This document shows positions 8,903-18,145 of a stretch of DNA of 53,207 nucleotides, piece after piece (within the stretch, counting starts at the first letter, position 1; every line of letters starts with the position of its first letter). Location of the stretch: positions 1 through 53,207 of the forward strand of contig JAOZGP010000036.1 in the NCBI GenBank assembly GCA_027491735.1, written 5' to 3'. The notes under the pieces were generated by a model that saw only the letters and a list, made by a program, of their open reading frames with translations, did no database searches and was not told the DNA's origin. The translations under genes were made by a program, and so were the position numbers. The DNA is from Thermoproteota archaeon. GTDB taxonomy: Archaea; Korarchaeota; Korarchaeia; Korarchaeales; Korarchaeaceae.

Positions 8903-10390
8903 AATGGGCCTTCGTGAAGCACTCACCTCGTTCAGTCTATCCACCGAAGTTTCGTGCGGCGCACTCAAAACCAGCGTCTTGTCAGTTCTAGCCTCCTCGA
9001 CGATGCACCTCATGGCCTCCACGAAGTTGTCCAGGTCGTAGGGACTTTCACACTCCGTAGGCTCTATCATCAGGGCTTCCTTGACTATCGGTGGGAAGTA
9101 CACCGTAGGCGCGTGAACGCCGTAGTCCAATAGCCTCTTGGCTACGTGTAGAGCTGAGACCCCATATTTATTTTTCAGCTCCTCTAAACTCACGACGAAC
9201 TCATGTTTGCAGGGTCTTTCCTTTCCAAACTTTAGCTTAATTCCCTCAATTTCCAAAAGCCTCTTCATAACGTAATTCGCATTGAGAACGGCTACTTCGG
9301 AGACCTCCCTGAGACCCTCTCCTCCAAGGATCTTCAGATAAGCCCACGCCTTGACGATCACTCCAAAGTTACCGTAGAACATTCTCACCCTTCCTATCGT
9401 CCTCTTGACGCTGTAATCCAGATAATATCCTCCCTCTGGCCTTTTGCGTACTACAGGAACTGGCAGATAATCCCTGAACTCGTCAACTACACCAACTGCT
9501 CCAGCCCCAGGGCCTCCACTCCCATGAGGGGCTGAGAAAGTTTTATGCAGATTTAGATGAGCGACATCTATCCTCATGTCGCTAAGGAGGACTCTCCCTA
9601 GAATCGCGTTGAGATTTGCTCCATCGTAGTAGACATATCCGCCAGCGCCGTGTACTATATCTGTAATTTCTAAGATATCCGTTTCAAAGAGACCTAGCGT
9701 GTTCGGGTTTGTTATCATCATGCCCGCCGTTTTCTCTCCCGCAGCTGCTCTCAAGGCATCGAGGTCTACAAGACCCTCCTCATTGGGCGGAATTCTGACG
9801 ACCTTAAAGCCAGCCATGGCAGCGCTGGCGAAATTGGATCCATGTGCCGACTCCGGTATCAGCACCTCATCCCTCCTCTCACCCAAGTCCCTTATTTTGG
9901 CTTTTATCATCAGAACACCTGTTAGCTCACCATGAGCTCCCGCCGCTGGCTGCAATGAGAAATGAGGAAGTCCAGTTATCTTAGAGAGCATCTCACCTAT
10001 CTCATAAATTATTTTAAGAGCGCCTTGAACGGTGTCCTCTGGCTGGTAGGGATGAATCCAAAGTACATGGGGATCCTTAGAGAGTCTTTCGTTTATCTTC
10101 GGGTTGTACTTCATTGTGCAGGATCCAAGCCAGTAGGGTCCACTATCCACTCCATAATTCATCTCCGCTAATCTAGAAAAGTGTCTGGAGACCTCAGATT
10201 CAGTTAAGCCTGGAAGATTGAGCTCTTTCCTGGTGTCAATCCTTGATAAGGCACTCTTGGCCTTACTGCGAATCTCCTCCTCAGTGTGAATTTTGTAGTA
10301 CCCCGGTCTTCCATTTGCCAACTCAAACACGGTGGGCTCAAGAACTCCCCCTTTATACGACCATCTAGCCTGTCGAAATCCCCTCATCAT
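8864..10390 (-). CDS. gcvPB: Glycine dehydrogenase (decarboxylating) subunit 2
   Basis: LGSCTMKYNP, QPAAGAHGE, HLNLHKTFSAPHG PLP-lysine motif. Confidence 0.97.
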   Translation of the reverse strand: MMRGFRQARWSYKGGVLEPTVFELANGRPGYYKIHTEEEIRSKAKSALSRIDTRKELNLPGLTESEVSRHFSRLAEMNYGVDSGPYWLGSCTMKYNPKINERLSKDPHVLWIHPYQPEDTVQGALKIIYEIGEMLSKITGLPHFSLQPAAGAHGELTGVLMIKAKIRDLGERRDEVLIPESAHGSNFASAAMAGFKVVRIPPNEEGLVDLDALRAAAGEKTAGMMITNPNTLGLFETDILEITDIVHGAGGYVYYDGANLNAILGRVLLSDMRIDVAHLNLHKTFSAPHGSGGPGAGAVGVVDEFRDYLPVPVVRKRPEGGYYLDYSVKRTIGRVRMFYGNFGVIVKAWAYLKILGGEGLREVSEVAVLNANYVMKRLLEIEGIKLKFGKERPCKHEFVVSLEELKNKYGVSALHVAKRLLDYGVHAPTVYFPPIVKEALMIEPTECESPYDLDNFVEAMRCIVEEARTDKTLVLSAPHETSVDRLNEVSASRRPILSWRMYKEKSDR

Positions 10391-11748
10391 GAAACCCCCC
10401 TCAAAGCATTAACCAACAGGTCTAAATCGTCTTTGTTGTGGATCTCTGTGGTACAAAACAGGGCTGAGTTCCCTAGCTCCTTGAACCTCCTTTCAAATCT
10501 GTTCAGGGGCAATCCGCCTATGATCCTCATGCGTCTGAGTTTTGAGTTCACAAGATCCCAGTCCAAAGGACTGCGCACCAAGAACTCCCTGAAGTGTACT
10601 TGATCGAAGATCGGGGACTCGAACTTATCCAGAGAATCTATTTCCTCGATCAGATATTGCGTGTTCCCTATGATTCTCATGCACACGTTTCTCAGCCCCT
10701 CAGCACCCATCAAGGAGAGGTAAACAGCCGCTCTTATCGCCATCAACGATTCGTTGGTTGTTATATTGGAGGTAGCTCTCTCCTGTCTTATGTGCTGCTC
10801 TCTCGTCTGGAGCGTCATTACATACCCTCTGACACCAGATCTGCTCCATGCCATGCCTATCAATCGACCAGGCATCTGCCTAACCAGACGAAGATCCCAC
10901 CTAGTAGCCATTATGCCCAAGGAAGGGCCCCCAAAGGAGGGATAGCCTCCTAGATGCTGTCCCTCTCCCACAGCTATGTCTGCTCCACACTCTCCTGGTG
11001 GCTTGAGTATGCCAAGGCTCAACGGATCCACTCCCATAACATACAAAGCGCCTTTAGAATGGGCTTTTTCACCAACGGCCTCGGCCTCCTCTTCAATCAC
11101 ACCAAAGAAGTTCGGATTCTCCAAGTATACCATAGCTGTGTCGCTGTTCGGATCTAGAGAATCTAAAAGAACAGTACCTCTACGCCTATCGAAACTGTAG
11201 GTTCGGATCCTGCCATCCGCCCCAAACAGGTAAGTCTTAAGAACTTCCATCCTTTCCGGGTGCATGTTCTCTGGAACCAGGATTTCTCTCCTTCTGGTCA
11301 CTCTCATGGCCATGAGGGCCGCTTCGGCCAAAGCAGTTGACCATTCGTAGTGAGAAGCGTTAACTACATCCATCTCCAAGAGCTCAGCCATGAGAGACTG
11401 GTATTCAAAAATCGCTTGGAGAGCCCCCTGGGAGATCTCCGTCTGATAAGGCGTGTATGAAGTGTAAAATTCCTGCTTAGATGAAATCTCATCGACCACG
11501 GCAGGTACATGGTGAAACCAGCACCCTCCTCCAAGAAAAAACTTCCATTCTCCTAAACAACAGTTTTCTGACATAATGCGCTTGAACGTTCTTTCTACCT
11601 CTATCTCGTCATGGGAGGGAAGATCCGGTGATTTACTTCTGATCAAAGATCGGGGAATGTCGGAAAATAATGGATCACTGTTCTCAAATCCTAAAAATCT
11701 CAACAATCTTCTCTTGATCGATATATATGAGTTCGGCACCCACCACAT
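10387..11748 (-). CDS. gcvPA: Glycine dehydrogenase (decarboxylating) subunit 1
   Basis: YTSYTPYQTEISQG, TLQTREQHIRQERATSNI; start chosen at ATG 11748. Confidence 0.95.
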   Translation of the reverse strand: MWWVPNSYISIKRRLLRFLGFENSDPLFSDIPRSLIRSKSPDLPSHDEIEVERTFKRIMSENCCLGEWKFFLGGGCWFHHVPAVVDEISSKQEFYTSYTPYQTEISQGALQAIFEYQSLMAELLEMDVVNASHYEWSTALAEAALMAMRVTRRREILVPENMHPERMEVLKTYLFGADGRIRTYSFDRRRGTVLLDSLDPNSDTAMVYLENPNFFGVIEEEAEAVGEKAHSKGALYVMGVDPLSLGILKPPGECGADIAVGEGQHLGGYPSFGGPSLGIMATRWDLRLVRQMPGRLIGMAWSRSGVRGYVMTLQTREQHIRQERATSNITTNESLMAIRAAVYLSLMGAEGLRNVCMRIIGNTQYLIEEIDSLDKFESPIFDQVHFREFLVRSPLDWDLVNSKLRRMRIIGGLPLNRFERRFKELGNSALFCTTEIHNKDDLDLLVNALRGVS

Positions 11749-11916
11749 AGCGGTCGTCAGAACCAGTACGGGGAAAATTTTAAAGGAGGTCCTTGTGAAC
11801 CTCCAAGTTGAGCTTCTCGATGAAGTCAACGGCTGAACTTTACTGGACCAGAAGCACATCTCTTTGATCATAAACCATGTTCTTTCTAGAACTGTTGCCG
11901 CTCTTATATGTCAAGG

Positions 11917-11944
11917 AAAAGTTTTCAGAAAACTTTTTCTGAAA
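11917..11944. promoter_or_regulatory. Overlapping inverted repeats in the gcvPA/cdrS intergenic region
   Basis: TTTCAGAAAA-CT-TTTTCTGAAA (11923-11944) and AAAAGTTTTC-A-GAAAACTTTT (11917-11937). Confidence 0.45.
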
Positions 11945-12116
11945 GATCCAGCGGTTAACCCTCTAAGAGACCCATCTCCATCGTATTTTAACTCTCAATA
12001 GTTAAAAACACCTATATATAGAAATCAGTGGAAGTAGGAATCCCATAAATCCTCCCAGCAACTCACTCTGGTAACGGCGGAATCAAAAGGGATAAATACG
12101 CCTTCTGGGTCTCTTT

Positions 12117-12136
12117 TTTAAGAAACTTTAAGAAAC
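12117..12136 (+). promoter_or_regulatory. Tandem TTTAAGAAAC x2 at the promoter of the RHH-ftsZ operon
   Basis: Exact 10-bp direct repeat 17 nt upstream of ATG 12154, overlapping a TATA-like box. Confidence 0.45.
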
Positions 12137-12153
12137 TGGGAATATTAATAAAA

Positions 12154-12354
12154 ATGGAGGTGTTCGGTGTGGTGATCGTATCCCTGCACATCCCCTCCCA
12201 ACTTGCTGAGAAGCTTGACAGAGTGGTAAGGAAGGGAGGGTATACGAGTAAGAGTGAAGCTATAAGAGAAGCAATTCGTCTGCTGCTCAGGGAATATGAG
12301 AAAAATGTGGCTCTTTTACATGAGGAGGAGTTTACAGGGGAGGTGGCAAGATGA
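12154..12354 (+). CDS. cdrS: Ribbon-helix-helix regulator, CdrS-like
   Basis: IVSLHIP..LDRVV..GYTSKSEAIREAIR RHH pattern; overlaps the ftsZ start, as in archaeal cdrS-ftsZ2 loci. Confidence 0.8.
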   Translation: MEVFGVVIVSLHIPSQLAEKLDRVVRKGGYTSKSEAIREAIRLLLREYEKNVALLHEEEFTGEVAR

Positions 12355-13613
12355 GTGGAGCATTTGACTTGTTGAGAGCCAAGAAGAACAAGGGAGAAGA
12401 ACTTCTCGATATTTTAAAGGGGATGTCCAATCAGGACAACGGTGGTGAGCATCATGATGAGGACGACGTGATAAGGAGCGATATATACTCCTCTGTGGAT
12501 GAGACAAGATATGACCTCTATCATCCAATTGACCTTGTGGACGATAGCGCTAACATAGTTATCGTTGGAGTGGGCGGTGCCGGATGCAATATGGTGAACA
12601 CCCTCCACGAACTGGGTGTTGTGGGGGCCAGACTCATAGCTGTAAACACCGATGAAAAACACCTCAAGAAAATACATGCTGATAAGAAGATCCTCATAGG
12701 GAAGTCCATAACTAAAGGCAACGGCGCTGGCGGCTCTCCTGAGCTAGGAAGAGCTTGTGCTGAGACCGACGCTTCCCTCATAGCTGAAGTTCTTGGAAAC
12801 AATCCAGAACTTGTGTTCATAGCTGCTGGAATGGGGGGAGGAACTGGAACCGGAGCGGCTCCTGTGATCGCAAAGATATCCAGCGACAAGGGAGCTAAGG
12901 TGATGGCCGTTGTCACCCTTCCGTTTAAGAACGAGGGGAGGCTTAAAATGAAGATAGCCAAGGACGGGATAAAGCATTTGAGGAAATACGCTCATTCTGT
13001 GGTCTTGATCTCCAACGAAAAGCTCCTAAACCTGGCTCGTGATAAGGACCTCAGGGAGGCCTTCAAAGTTGGAGACTGTACGCTGGCAATTATGGTCAAA
13101 GGAATAGCTGAGATCATAAACAAGAGGGCACTCATGAATGTCGATCTTCAAGATGTCAAGAACATCATGGCCTTTGGAGGAGTTTCGGCTGTTGGGGTGG
13201 GGGAGTCCAACGGTCCCAGGAACAGAGCTATAGAGGCCGTCAAGATGGCTCTCGAGAACCAGCTCATAGATGTCAATCCCGAAGGAGCTAGAGGGGCTCT
13301 GATAGTAGTGACCGGCGGGCCCAACATGAAGCTGGCGGAGATAGATGAGATAGCAAGATACGTCACGCAAAACATGGATCCTGATGCATTGATAAAGATA
13401 GGCGCCGATGTAGATGAGAACTTCGGCGATAAAATAAGGGTTATTCTTCTGCTCTCGGGGATAAGGTCTCAGTACATACTACCAGGAGAATCGGGACCAA
13501 GACCAAAGGAAGTTCTCTCAGCGACGCCTTTCTCACCTCCCATCTCCAGGTCAGACGACGCTCTCGAGATGGTAGAAGAAATTCTCGGAAGACCTTACGT
13601 CGTTAGGCTGTGA
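12351..13613 (+). CDS. ftsZ: Cell division protein FtsZ (FtsZ2-type context)
   Basis: GVGGAGCN, GMGGGTGTG tubulin signature, NVDLQD. Confidence 0.95.
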   Translation: MSGAFDLLRAKKNKGEELLDILKGMSNQDNGGEHHDEDDVIRSDIYSSVDETRYDLYHPIDLVDDSANIVIVGVGGAGCNMVNTLHELGVVGARLIAVNTDEKHLKKIHADKKILIGKSITKGNGAGGSPELGRACAETDASLIAEVLGNNPELVFIAAGMGGGTGTGAAPVIAKISSDKGAKVMAVVTLPFKNEGRLKMKIAKDGIKHLRKYAHSVVLISNEKLLNLARDKDLREAFKVGDCTLAIMVKGIAEIINKRALMNVDLQDVKNIMAFGGVSAVGVGESNGPRNRAIEAVKMALENQLIDVNPEGARGALIVVTGGPNMKLAEIDEIARYVTQNMDPDALIKIGADVDENFGDKIRVILLLSGIRSQYILPGESGPRPKEVLSATPFSPPISRSDDALEMVEEILGRPYVVRL

Positions 13614-13616
13614 TCT

Positions 13617-14732
13617 CTATCTGATCTTCATCATTTTTTCCTCTCTATAACCGACGAGCACTCTTATGTAATTCCTAAACCTGTTGTTCAGTTTTTCTCC
13701 TAGATCGACCCGCAACTCCTTGATTTCAGAGAGCTTTCTCGGAGTAGATACAACAATTAAGTCCTCGAGGGCGATCCTTTCCAGGACCTCAGGCCCTATC
13801 TGTTGATTACCACGCCCTAAAAGGAAACCTGATCCTCCTATAGGAGATAGCACGAGCTTAATCGGCAGCTTGTACTCGCTGACTATCTTAGTTAGGGTTT
13901 TACGGTCGACATCTCTACCCACAAGCCTCCCGTTGAGCAAAACGTCGACTCCTAGCAACGTCTTGTTGATTCCCAACTCTCTAGCAATGGCACTAACTGT
14001 CGTTCCGGGTCCAAGGATGTAAATTGTGTTCTCATCAAGGAACTCCTCCCTGAAGTACCTGGCTATGGCCTGCATATCATACTCCTCATCGCTCGAGGAA
14101 GGAGATTTAGATCCCTGAATCATGTTTTCCGAGGACAACACACGCATGACTCCGTAGAGCTTAACACTTAGAACTCCCTCCCTGTAAAGCCGCTCATCTA
14201 TATCCAGAACTTCTCCATAAGTTATCTGAGCCCGATCCTCCAAGAACTCCGTGATTATGTCCCCTGCCTCCTCCGGAGTACATGCGAACACTGAAGAGAA
14301 GATCTTAACTCCGCTTGGAACACCAAGCACAGGAAGAGAGTCTCTCACAACATCGTATATGTCCCTAGCTGTTCCATCCCCCCCAACAAAAACCAGGGCA
14401 TCAACAGATCTTTCCAAGAACTCGCGAACACAGGCCTTAGTGTCCTCCCTGGAGGTGTTCTCAGTAGTAGGAATCTCGAGCATCGAGATCTCTCCCCTGA
14501 AATCTCCAGCTCTCACCGATATCTCCCCCATAGCCCCGCGGGGGACTATCAGTATCAACTTCTCCTGATTTGATATTCTTCTCAACATATCCGATGCTCT
14601 AATTGGAGAGATGGGGGTCAGACCCCTTCTTTTAGCTTCCGCTCTTATAAGATCGACGTCGTCAGATCCTTTATAACCAAGAGGGCCTCCTATGCCTGCT
14701 ATTGGGTTTACTACAAGACCGACCTTCTTCAT
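13617..14732 (-). CDS. ATP-NAD kinase family protein
   Basis: VNPIAGIGG, GGDGTARD, GVKIFSSVFA, LGRGNQQI. Confidence 0.88.
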   Translation of the reverse strand: MKKVGLVVNPIAGIGGPLGYKGSDDVDLIRAEAKRRGLTPISPIRASDMLRRISNQEKLILIVPRGAMGEISVRAGDFRGEISMLEIPTTENTSREDTKACVREFLERSVDALVFVGGDGTARDIYDVVRDSLPVLGVPSGVKIFSSVFACTPEEAGDIITEFLEDRAQITYGEVLDIDERLYREGVLSVKLYGVMRVLSSENMIQGSKSPSSSDEEYDMQAIARYFREEFLDENTIYILGPGTTVSAIARELGINKTLLGVDVLLNGRLVGRDVDRKTLTKIVSEYKLPIKLVLSPIGGSGFLLGRGNQQIGPEVLERIALEDLIVVSTPRKLSEIKELRVDLGEKLNNRFRNYIRVLVGYREEKMMKIR

Positions 14733-14814
14733 TTCTTGCTCAAGATAAAGGTCATCATCTAAATATACATGTGAGGTTCAGGGAGCTCTTTTCCTGCAAA
14801 GTGCTCATGGAAAT

Positions 14815-15045
14815 CGGAAAAGACTCACAGGCTTGGTTTTTGAAGTCCATATCAATCCTTACAAAGTCTCAAACCTCTGCCCGGTATGTGAGAGTAAGCT
14901 AAGCTCGAGTGAGTGGAGGCTGCTAAAATAATGTAGATCTGGCTGCAGACGGGGGTGTAATTGATAGCTGGGTAGCTTGAGAAGTTTGAAATCTTTAAAG
15001 ATGGATGTGAGAATTTCATTTCCCCTGAAGACCATCCGATGAGTG
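14815..15045 (+). pseudogene. tnpB: Decayed C-terminal fragment of an IS200/IS605 TnpB
   Basis: Manual translation RLTGLVFEVHINPYKVSNLCPVCESKLSSSEWRLLK* then DLAADGGVIDSW, resembling the TnpB zinc ribbon and DRD/RuvC-III region. Confidence 0.7.
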
Positions 15046-15226
15046 GCTAGAAGGTCGGCTATGACGGCGCTTACAAACTCTACAAAAATTACGGCTAATT
15101 GGAATGGATGTAGATATCCGATGCTGGTTTCAGCCATCAGAACTTCCGTGCAGGGGGCGGCGCGAGTTGTTCGTGGCGGAAGAAGAAAGCGTTTATAGTT
15201 TTAGTAGACGAACAATTCATGAGAGA

Positions 15227-15250
15227 GGAGGTATCTGAGCAGATACCTCC
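15227..15250 (+). promoter_or_regulatory. Perfect 11-bp inverted repeat in the leader of the RecA-like ATPase gene
   Basis: GGAGGTATCTG-AG-CAGATACCTCC; TATA-like TTTATAG at ~15192. Confidence 0.55.
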
Positions 15251-15278
15251 AGCTTAGGAGATCGATTCGTCCAGTGAT

Positions 15279-15866
15279 GTGGGAGAGGTGCCCTTCTTGC
15301 GAGAAGATTGCTTGGATAGGCTTTTAGAAGCGATAACCTCAAAAACAACCCTACTGTATGGCTCAGAGTCCTCTGGCAAGACGAAGTTGGCTTCAATAAT
15401 CGCCAAACAGATCTCCTGCAGTGGAGGAAAGGTTATATACGCCTTCAACTCACTATTCAATAGAGAATCCTTCGTTTCTGCTTTACCTGAAAACTTCGAG
15501 AACATCCTGCTGGTGGGCTTCGAGAAGTTCTCCAGCGTTATCCCTTTACTCCTACGTGCAGCAGCATCCGGTTATGTCATGTTAATAGTAGATGAGGTGA
15601 CCTCATCTGAACGACAAAATTTATGTGAACTTTCTCTCCTGGTAGCGCTACTCTCGGAGGTTGTTCGGAGGTTCAACAGGAGTCTCCTAATAGTAACCGA
15701 TGAAAGTCCAGAAGGTGGCCCGATTTTCCATAAACTCTTTCTCAGGTATGTCGACGAAACTTTACACGTTCAGCGCTACGATGAAGAGCTTAAAATACAA
15801 CTCCCAGAAGAGGAACTCTCACTTCCCTTCAGAGACCTGCTTTCCGGAGAAGGGCGAATTGTTTAA
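15279..15866 (+). CDS. Short RecA-family ATPase (RadB-like)
   Basis: Walker A GSESSGKT, Walker B LIVDE; no N-terminal domain. Confidence 0.6.
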   Translation: MGEVPFLREDCLDRLLEAITSKTTLLYGSESSGKTKLASIIAKQISCSGGKVIYAFNSLFNRESFVSALPENFENILLVGFEKFSSVIPLLLRAAASGYVMLIVDEVTSSERQNLCELSLLVALLSEVVRRFNRSLLIVTDESPEGGPIFHKLFLRYVDETLHVQRYDEELKIQLPEEELSLPFRDLLSGEGRIV

Positions 15867-15911
15867 ACCTCTTACGAGGTCAGTTGACTCTAGCTCAAGG
15901 AGGGTCCTCCC

Positions 15912-16376
15912 TTGATGGAGCTGATAGCTGAGTCCTTGTGGTACATACTGCCAGCTTACATGTCGAACATGGCACCAGTCCTCATGGGAGGAGGGTCGCC
16001 TGTAGACCTAGGTAAGCGGTGGATGGATGGTAGGAGGGTGCTAGGAGATCATAAGACTTGGAGAGGTTTCGCTTCCGGCATGGCCCTGGGAACTCTGACC
16101 GGAATCCTTCAAGGTGATCCAATAAGAGGATTTCTACTATCAGCTGGAGCTATGTGCGGAGATCTCCTGGGATCCTTCATAAAGAGAAGATTAGGACTTC
16201 CTCCGGGAAGAGATGCGCCTGTGCTGGATCATCTGGACTTTGTAGTGGTGGCTATGTTGTTTGATCTATTTCATGAGCATATGTCTCCTGGAATCCTCAT
16301 CTCTGTTCTGATGATGACTCCTCTCCTCTACGAACTGACAAATAGAATAGCAAAATTACTTGGCCTGAAGAGGTGA
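15912..16376 (+). CDS. carS: CDP-archaeol synthase
   Basis: LPAYMSNMAPV, GDHKTWRG, GDLLGSFIKRRLG, LDHLDF. Confidence 0.92.
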   Translation: MMELIAESLWYILPAYMSNMAPVLMGGGSPVDLGKRWMDGRRVLGDHKTWRGFASGMALGTLTGILQGDPIRGFLLSAGAMCGDLLGSFIKRRLGLPPGRDAPVLDHLDFVVVAMLFDLFHEHMSPGILISVLMMTPLLYELTNRIAKLLGLKR

Positions 16377-16382
16377 CTCCTG

Positions 16383-17297
16383 ATGGACAAGCTCATAAAG
16401 AGGCTCAGAGAGCTCGGCTTTTCCGAGGACGTCCTCATCAAGCTTGGAAGTATTAGGAAGGATGAACTGATGCACATGAACTCCAGAGAGCTGGCTGAGT
16501 TTCTCGGAGTGAAGCGAAGGGAGGCCCTTAGGATACTGGAAGTGATGTTCAAGATATATACACAGGAAATGTACCTCCCAGCCTCCTCTCTCAGCGGCAG
16601 GAGGAGGATCAGTCTGGGGGTAACTGCTCTGGACAGGATACTTGGAGGAGGGCTTCCCTTGGGATCCATTGTGGAGGTTTTTGGAGAGCCCGGAGTGGGA
16701 AAGACGCAATTTTGCTTTCATCTAACTGCTAGGAAGTTCGCTGCTCTTGGTTTTTCTAAAAAAGCGGCATATATAGATGCAGAAGGCTCTTTCTCTCCCA
16801 AAAGGTTGAGAGAGGTCTTGGAAGGAAACGGTGTCCATCCTGACGTGGCGATGAGGGAGATAACATTGATAAAACCTAAGTCCACTGCCATGTTATATGC
16901 CTCCCTGCTTGACTTATGGGACGAGTTCGAGAACTATGACCTTGTCTTGGTGGACTCCCTTCTGGCTCTTCCAAGATTGGAGTATCATGGGTTGGACATG
17001 CTGGCCGAAAGGCAGCAGATGCTTGCTAAGATCCTGAGACTTATGCTGAAAATCTCTGGAAAAGGAATCCTAGTTCTGTTCACTAATCAAACGATTGGGA
17101 AGATAACATCAAGTGAAGGAAAGGACGCCGCAGGAGGATTTATAGTGGGGCACGTTCCCGGGACAGTCCTTCAAATAAGGAAAGCAGCTGGAGGGGTGAG
17201 GGTGCTGAGGATCGTCGATTCTCCTGAGTTGCCTGAGGCTGAGGCTCTCTTTAAAATAGGGAGAAAGGGGCTCATTGGAGTTACTCGCCGATCTTAG
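16383..17297 (+). CDS. RadA/Rad51-family recombinase or paralog
   Basis: LDRILGGG, GEPGVGKTQ, YIDAEGSF, VDS, ERQQ, TNQ, GGFIVGH; diverged N-terminal helical domain. Confidence 0.85.
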   Translation: MDKLIKRLRELGFSEDVLIKLGSIRKDELMHMNSRELAEFLGVKRREALRILEVMFKIYTQEMYLPASSLSGRRRISLGVTALDRILGGGLPLGSIVEVFGEPGVGKTQFCFHLTARKFAALGFSKKAAYIDAEGSFSPKRLREVLEGNGVHPDVAMREITLIKPKSTAMLYASLLDLWDEFENYDLVLVDSLLALPRLEYHGLDMLAERQQMLAKILRLMLKISGKGILVLFTNQTIGKITSSEGKDAAGGFIVGHVPGTVLQIRKAAGGVRVLRIVDSPELPEAEALFKIGRKGLIGVTRRS

Positions 17298-18144
17298 AAG
17301 AGACTATTTCTGCTATTTTGACAACTCTTCTTATGATTTGTGGGAGCGTCTTCTCCGTTATCCATCCCACCTCGACGGCCAGGCAATTGGCGTTCTTAAC
17401 AGCTCTAGCCACTAAAATCGGAACAGTCTGCGAAGTGACCTCTCCCACCTCACAAGCCAGAGTTATCGCCTTAGCAGCAGCCTCAGAGATCTGTTCGAAG
17501 ATCTCCTCATCTGTTATGCCTAGAATGTCTGAGGAGTAAAGAATCCCTTCCTGATCCACGGCGGCGGATGTCCTCAAACCCACTTTCATGGGGCGGACGT
17601 CCAGCATCCTGAGTATGTCCGCTATATGTCTGGGGATCTTCTCTCCTCGCCTGAGGACTATCTGGGACTTTTCTATGGAAATCTTTCCACCTTTTATCTT
17701 TGTCTGGACTCCTAGTGCTCGGAGGTCGTTTAGTACAGGCCCAGGAGTTAGATCAGTAGGACCCTCAGGTATTTCTATATCCTCCTCCGCTATCTCTCCA
17801 GGTCTAGCGAATACTCGCGCTTCCTTCTCACGGAGAAGACGTGCTACTTCTAAGGGACTCTTACTTGAGCATATCAAGGCGGCGTTCTGCGGTATGTAGT
17901 CCACAAGTCTCTCTATGTTTTTTCTCTCAGAGTTCACCTCTTTGAAGGCCTTAGCTATCAATCGTCTCTTAGCCACATAGATCCTGGTGTGCGGTCTGAG
18001 GTCTGCCCTTATCTTCTGAAAAGCATCTCCTGGTATTCGGTAGAAATCAGCCAGCATGACAGTCGGGTACTTCCTAACCAGCTCCTTTATAGTCTCAAGG
18101 ATTCTTCTCTTCCTCTCCTTCTTGCTAATCTGTACCTGACTCAT
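17281..18144 (-). CDS. rpl10: Ribosomal protein uL10 (P0)
   Basis: ARPGEIAEEDIEIPEGPTDLTPGP; position in the rpl11-rpl1-rpl10 operon. Confidence 0.93.
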   Translation of the reverse strand: MSQVQISKKERKRRILETIKELVRKYPTVMLADFYRIPGDAFQKIRADLRPHTRIYVAKRRLIAKAFKEVNSERKNIERLVDYIPQNAALICSSKSPLEVARLLREKEARVFARPGEIAEEDIEIPEGPTDLTPGPVLNDLRALGVQTKIKGGKISIEKSQIVLRRGEKIPRHIADILRMLDVRPMKVGLRTSAAVDQEGILYSSDILGITDEEIFEQISEAAAKAITLACEVGEVTSQTVPILVARAVKNANCLAVEVGWITEKTLPQIIRRVVKIAEIVSSKIGE

Positions 18145-18145
18145 T

